Shown piece by piece: positions 59,547 through 64,000 of a stretch of 64,000 nt of DNA; the stretch's first letter is position 1; the number at the start of each line of letters is the position of its first letter. The DNA comes from Patescibacteria group bacterium (GTDB lineage: Bacteria; Patescibacteriota; Patescibacteriia; Magasanikbacterales; JBBTQS01), in NCBI GenBank assembly GCA_038065555.1, contig JBBTQS010000003.1, positions 26,266 through 90,265 on the forward strand. The letters run 5' to 3'. A program made the translations under genes and the position numbers. Below the pieces are notes generated by a model, which saw only the letters and a program-made list of their open reading frames with translations, was not told where the DNA came from and made no database searches.

Positions 59547-60296
59547 CTACGCGTTGTCTAGAGCAAGAGTAACCGAACGTTCGAGTGCGAAGAACACATC
59601 AGATTGCTTGAGCGCATGCCGACGCGGACGTGCAAATGGTACATCAAATCGCGCCGCGATTTTTGCTGGCTGCGGACTCAATACGAGTACTTCATCTGCG
59701 AGGAACACTGCCTCGCCGACATCATGCGTTACGAAGACAATAGTCATGCGCAGATCATCGCACAGCTCCGCAAGGAACTCCTGCATCTGGGAACGCGTTT
59801 GACTATCGAGTGCACCAAACGGTTCATCCATAAGCAGCACGCGTGGCTCAGTCACAAGTGCACGAGCTAACGCAACACGCTGTTGCATCCCTCCAGAAAG
59901 TGCATTCGGATAATACGATGCAAAAGCCGTGAGATGCGTGCGCTCGAGATATGTCGCCACACGCTCGGCAATCACTGCGTCGTCCATGTTCTGCAACCGC
60001 AAACCAAATGCAATGTTCTCGTACACTGTGAGCCACGGGAACAATGTATTCTCCTGGAACACCATGCCCCGCGATACATCTGGGCCGGTGACGGACTCTC
60101 CTCCAACCACCACAGTACCTGTGTATTCCTGATCAAGCCCTGCGATGATTCGCAAGAGCGTTGATTTGCCGCAACCGCTTGGCCCGACAATCGCTACGAA
60201 CTTTCCCTCAGCAATGGTGAGCGAAAAATCATGGATTACGTCGACACGTTTGCCACCGTGCAATTGGGTTTTTGTAATTGATGTGAGACTAAGCAT
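59547..60296 (-). CDS. ABC transporter ATP-binding protein (NitT/TauT-type)
   Basis: ATG 60294-60296. Walker A 'GPSGCGKST', signature 'LSGGMQQRV' and Walker B 'LLMDEPFGALD'. Confidence 0.85.
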   Translation of the reverse strand: MLSLTSITKTQLHGGKRVDVIHDFSLTIAEGKFVAIVGPSGCGKSTLLRIIAGLDQEYTGTVVVGGESVTGPDVSRGMVFQENTLFPWLTVYENIAFGLRLQNMDDAVIAERVATYLERTHLTAFASYYPNALSGGMQQRVALARALVTEPRVLLMDEPFGALDSQTRSQMQEFLAELCDDLRMTIVFVTHDVGEAVFLADEVLVLSPQPAKIAARFDVPFARPRRHALKQSDVFFALERSVTLALDNA

Positions 60297-61044
60297 GTGA
60301 TTTCTCTGACCAAGGGAAAAGCGCGCGATACGACCAACGAAACGCAGCATCAGTGAACAACCCGAGAACACCAATCACAATAATGACCGCGAAGATTTGA
60401 TCCGTGCGCAGGAATCGCTGTGATGCAATGATCACAGAACCAAGTCCTACCGACGCACCAACCATTTCTGCCGCTGTCACGAAGGTCCATGATGAACCGA
60501 TCATGATGCGACTCGCATCCCAAATTGCTGGTAGTGCTCCAGGCAATGCGACGCGCGAAATGACCTGTATCCGACTCGCACCCAACGTGCGCGCAACACT
60601 AGACAACACACGACGCTGATTACCGATCGTATCTGCAATGAGCACGGTGAGATATGGCGCAGTGGCAATGAAAATAATTACGATCTTTTCGAGCTCACCA
60701 ACACCGAACCACACGATCGCAAGTGGAATGAACACCACAGGTGGAACATACCGCAAGCCAGACAACAATGGTTCGATGAGTGCAGCGCATGTGCGCGATG
60801 CACCCAGCGCCACACCAACCGGAAGCGCGATGACCACAGACAATACAAACCCCAACGCCACACGTCCCACACTCGCCGCAATATCCATGAGCAATGCGTC
60901 GTTCATGAACAAAGATACGAGTGCCTGAGCGACAAGCATTGGCCCAGGCAGGAAGAGCGGCGATACCACAGAGCTCCACGATACAATCGCCCACGTCGCA
61001 ACAAAAAGGAGCAGCGCGGTGGTGGTTAAGATTTTTGTACGCAT
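60289..61044 (-). CDS. ABC transporter permease (SsuC/TauC-type)
   Basis: Six TM helices with an EAA-like loop 'ASRTCAALIEPLLSGLRYVP'. Confidence 0.8.
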   Translation of the reverse strand: MRTKILTTTALLLFVATWAIVSWSSVVSPLFLPGPMLVAQALVSLFMNDALLMDIAASVGRVALGFVLSVVIALPVGVALGASRTCAALIEPLLSGLRYVPPVVFIPLAIVWFGVGELEKIVIIFIATAPYLTVLIADTIGNQRRVLSSVARTLGASRIQVISRVALPGALPAIWDASRIMIGSSWTFVTAAEMVGASVGLGSVIIASQRFLRTDQIFAVIIVIGVLGLFTDAAFRWSYRALFPWSEKSHA

Positions 61045-61065
61045 ACTGCTCCTTTCGTCGATGAT

Positions 61066-62037
61066 TTAGAGAAGTTCTTCGATAATGGAGGTGTCAACAA
61101 TAGACTTCGCGTCGAGTCTCGTCTTCGTGAGACCGAGATCGAACCAGAGCGTACTCGCCTTGTCCAAGAGATTCACTGCTGAGTATTCACCTTTGGTAAG
61201 CACTTCGGCATTGTCCTGCAATGACATCCAACGGAACGTTGGAATTTGATCGCGAACATCCTGTTCCGAGATTGCGAGACCTTTTGCGATGACAGCATAG
61301 CTCTCATCTGGATTAGTAATGATGTATTCACGTGTTGCAAAAATCGAACGCATCAACGCGACAATCTCTGCACGACGCTCCTGGAGCACTTCTTCGCGGA
61401 CAATCACGATGTCGAGAATCGGTGATGTCTTCGTACTCGCAATAACATGACCACCCTTGCGCTCACTCGCCTTCGAAAGCCATGGCTCCCACGTCACAGC
61501 AGCGTCCACTTTTCCAGCAACAAATGCAGCACCAGCATCAGACGCAATCATATTCACCGTCTGCACGTCCTTCGTACTCATTCCCTGCTTCTCGAGCATC
61601 AGTGCAAGGAAAAAATGTGACGGAGAACCTTCTTCATACGCAACCTTTTTCCCGCGCAAATCCGCGAGTGAGTTGATTCCTTCTGCAGCAATGATGCCAT
61701 CAGCACCGAGGCTCGCATCATATGAACCAACAACTTTTACTTTCACACCCGCATCATGCAAAGTCGCAACTGTCTCAGACGTGAGCACAAGCACATCAAT
61801 CTTGCCGCTCGCGAACAATTGCTTGCCCACTGCGCCGTCATCGTAGTTAGTGTGCACGACCTTGAGGCCGTTTGCCTCGTAGATTCCTTTTTCCTGCGCA
61901 ACGTTAAAGATACCGTTGCCGATCCAAGGATTGAGACCGATGCGTAACGGTTGTGCTGCGGTGTTGTCTTTCGCAAACCACACACCCAAGCCGACAACGA
62001 CCACGAGAGCCGCAATAATCACAGCAATTTTTTTCAT
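61066..62037 (-). CDS. ABC transporter substrate-binding protein (NMT1/SsuA-like)
   Basis: Signal/anchor 'MKKIAVIIAALVVVVGLGVWF' then a periplasmic-binding fold. First gene of the three-gene transporter operon. Confidence 0.75.
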   Translation of the reverse strand: MKKIAVIIAALVVVVGLGVWFAKDNTAAQPLRIGLNPWIGNGIFNVAQEKGIYEANGLKVVHTNYDDGAVGKQLFASGKIDVLVLTSETVATLHDAGVKVKVVGSYDASLGADGIIAAEGINSLADLRGKKVAYEEGSPSHFFLALMLEKQGMSTKDVQTVNMIASDAGAAFVAGKVDAAVTWEPWLSKASERKGGHVIASTKTSPILDIVIVREEVLQERRAEIVALMRSIFATREYIITNPDESYAVIAKGLAISEQDVRDQIPTFRWMSLQDNAEVLTKGEYSAVNLLDKASTLWFDLGLTKTRLDAKSIVDTSIIEELL

Positions 62038-62144
62038 ACACTCATTATAGGATTTATTTTCGACGAACCATCTTGGTTCTCCAAAAACATACCCCGTAAG
62101 AAGGTTTGAACAGCGCCGTCCGTTATGGTCAGCGCTGTCCGTGT

Positions 62145-62504
62145 TTATCCTCTTTTGTAGCCACGAGCAACCATGTCAGTCTCGTTGAGGTACTCCTCCA
62201 ATTCATCAAGCAGCACGTTGATCCCACCACACGGACCAGCGAACTCCCCGTCGCGCCTAATGAACTCCCTGAGCGCGGTCGGCCTGGACTCATCATTCAC
62301 ACCGAGGAATTTGCGATAGTAGAGATGCGCCCCGATTTGTCCAACGGCGTAGGCGAGCCTCACCACGAGATAGTGAGGCACACGACCTCCACGATGCTCC
62401 GGGCAGTTCTCGTTCAGACACAGACCGAGATCCTCCATCTCCGGGCCGCCGTCATCAATTAGCAACCTGCTGATCAACTCTTTACGCGTCCTGCTCATGC
62501 TCAT
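62145..62504 (-). CDS. hypothetical protein
   Basis: ATG 62502-62504 preceded by AAGGAGAA (spacer 4 nt). 119 aa, Cys-containing (CLNENCPEH... CGG). Confidence 0.45.
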   Translation of the reverse strand: MSMSRTRKELISRLLIDDGGPEMEDLGLCLNENCPEHRGGRVPHYLVVRLAYAVGQIGAHLYYRKFLGVNDESRPTALREFIRRDGEFAGPCGGINVLLDELEEYLNETDMVARGYKRG

Positions 62505-62636
62505 GTTGTTCTCCTTGTCGTTTGGTTGTCGTTCCGTTGCACAGTATGACATAATCACACTTTTTAACAACGGAAATATAGTCCAAAAAATCACAAATAT
62601 CTATATTTAGACAAAGGTAAGCAATTCAAAGTGCTA

Positions 62637-62680
62637 TTTTTGTCAGAATCATTGACAAAAATAGTCCAATGTCGTATACT
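62637..62680 (+). promoter_or_regulatory. promoter with operator-like palindrome for TrmB paralog 5
   Basis: Perfect IR TTTTTGTCA-gaatcat-TGACAAAAA (62637-62661) overlapping -35 TTGACA (62652-62657). 17-nt spacer, then -10 TATACT (62675-62680). ATG at 62689, so effectively leaderless. Confidence 0.5.
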
Positions 62681-62688
62681 TTGTTGGT

Positions 62689-63423
62689 ATGCAAACCCCA
62701 GACCTCTCTCCTATCGGTGTTGGTGACAAAGCCACATCCATCTACCTCACCGCCTTGTCTCTGGGCACTGCCAGCGTCCAACAAATCGCTACTAAAGCTG
62801 GGATCAAGCGTCCGACCGCCTATCTCCACATTGAAGAACTACTTCGAGAAAATCTTCTCGAGCGCATCCGCATTGGCAAAAAGGATTTTTATCGTGCGTG
62901 CGATCCGCAGCAACTCAAAAAACGCGCCGAGACTGCGCTTACGCACATCAACACGATTCTCCCCGAACTCCAGCAACTCCACGCAACTGGTGGCGCACGT
63001 CCAACTGTTCGAATTTTTGAAGGCGAAGTTGGACTCAAGGAAATCTATGCACAACTACAACACGCCAACAGCATTCGCTTCATCTCCGACCTCGCTGCAA
63101 CAGAATCACTCTTTCCCAAATCTGTTAACGACATTGCAGCTGGCATTGCGGAACAGCAAATTCGTACACGTGAGCTGATTGCGAATACTCCAGAAACCAA
63201 ACGCGCATCAAAACGATTCGCAGCCATTGCAGGCAAAACCTACACCTCGCGAGTTTTCGCACATGGAGTAATCAAAAATGACTCCGCAATCTTCGGCAAC
63301 ACGGTCGCGTTCTTCCGCATCAACGAACACAATCTTTTTGTAATCGTCATCGAAGATGCAACAATCGCTGAGACAATGAAAACACTTTTCGATCACGCCT
63401 GGGAACAAGCAACAACGTTCTAA
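62689..63423 (+). CDS. TrmB-family transcriptional regulator (paralog 5)
   Basis: HTH 'ATSIYLTALSLGTASVQQIATKAGIKRPTAYLHIEELLRENLL'; TrmB C-terminal domain. Confidence 0.8.
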   Translation: MQTPDLSPIGVGDKATSIYLTALSLGTASVQQIATKAGIKRPTAYLHIEELLRENLLERIRIGKKDFYRACDPQQLKKRAETALTHINTILPELQQLHATGGARPTVRIFEGEVGLKEIYAQLQHANSIRFISDLAATESLFPKSVNDIAAGIAEQQIRTRELIANTPETKRASKRFAAIAGKTYTSRVFAHGVIKNDSAIFGNTVAFFRINEHNLFVIVIEDATIAETMKTLFDHAWEQATTF

Positions 63424-64000
63424 ATCCGAGCCTTCGGATCCTGCGCCAAATACTTCCACAGCTGACCAAAAATAACACGCTGACACTGCGCAAGTTCGCG
63501 CGACACTATGCGAATCGCATACTGCTCGCGCCACGATACAATGAGCACAGTATCATTATAAATAATGATTTCAGGCGTGAATTGATCTGCAACGTCTGGC
63601 AACACCATCGCCTCGCGCATCTCCTGCTTGTTGTGCGAAAATTGTTTCAAGTTCTCAGCATTGCGCGGAAAAATACCACGACCCAGAATCCCCGCCTTCA
63701 CGCGCCGCGCATAATATTCTGGAAAAAAATTCGGCAACGCCTCGTGCATCGTCTCGAAATTCGCATACGCGTGATATACATCCTTCGCGTTGAGCGTATC
63801 CTCATACGCCTCACGCATTCCCTTCTCACCTTCAAAAAATTCCATCTTCGGTTTTTCTGGTCGACGCAGCTGCAATAGCGACGCCAATTCAGGCAGCATC
63901 TCGCGCACCTTCTCCTCCTGCCGTGCAATCTTGTTCTGCACCTCACGCTTTTCATTTTCCAAATACGACAACAGCGACCGTGGATCAGACGCATGGAAAA
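63420..64000 (-). CDS. TrmB-family regulator (paralog 6), C-terminal part; N-terminus beyond the window edge
   Basis: Aligns with the post-HTH region of the other paralogs (...FEGEKGMREAYEDTL...; ...IIYNDTVLIVSWREQYAIRIVSRELAQ...). Convergent with paralog 5 and overlaps it by 4 nt. Confidence 0.6.
   Translation of the reverse strand, partial: FHASDPRSLLSYLENEKREVQNKIARQEEKVREMLPELASLLQLRRPEKPKMEFFEGEKGMREAYEDTLNAKDVYHAYANFETMHEALPNFFPEYYARRVKAGILGRGIFPRNAENLKQFSHNKQEMREAMVLPDVADQFTPEIIIYNDTVLIVSWREQYAIRIVSRELAQCQRVIFGQLWKYLAQDPKARI

Noticed and set aside
1-64000. CRISPR arrays, IS elements or integrases
   Set aside because: No direct-repeat/spacer periodicity found and no transposase or integrase-like ORFs. 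The only TIR-like structure is the single 172-bp element at 18100-18271.

Overview
This is a 64-kb, roughly 50-55% GC stretch of bacterial chromosome with dense coding on both strands. I found no rRNA, CRISPR array, transposase or integrase.

Recognisable core genes:
- rpoB-rpoC, not linked to the usual ribosomal-protein operons
- recA, ftsK, tig, rpsF-ssb-rpsR, ruvC, yebC, nth
- a trxB / split-transketolase / PfkB-kinase / class-II fba operon
- membrane pyrophosphatase hppA, a ComM/YifB ATPase, a LysM-M23 peptidase and an SsuABC/NMT1-type ABC transporter
- one tRNA-Gly(UCC)

Most striking is a six-fold expansion of TrmB-family HTH regulators: five full copies plus one running off the right edge. 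Several share TTTTTGTCA-containing palindromes in their promoters, and some appear to be leaderless.

Other points of interest:
- a GC-elevated two-gene insertion of unknown function inside the trxB-tkt operon
- a Pif1-type helicase / tandem exonuclease / Cas4-like nuclease cluster
- an elaborate nested inverted-repeat element 3' of the tRNA
- two long non-coding regions with near-consensus sigma70 promoters that may encode small RNAs
- a 36-codon ultra-acidic micro-ORF with its own terminator

Many proteins are small and of unknown function, and several TrmB paralogs sit next to them. Split transketolase, abundant TrmB paralogs and short or absent leaders are compatible with a reduced-genome lineage such as Patescibacteria/CPR, but the sequence alone does not prove that.
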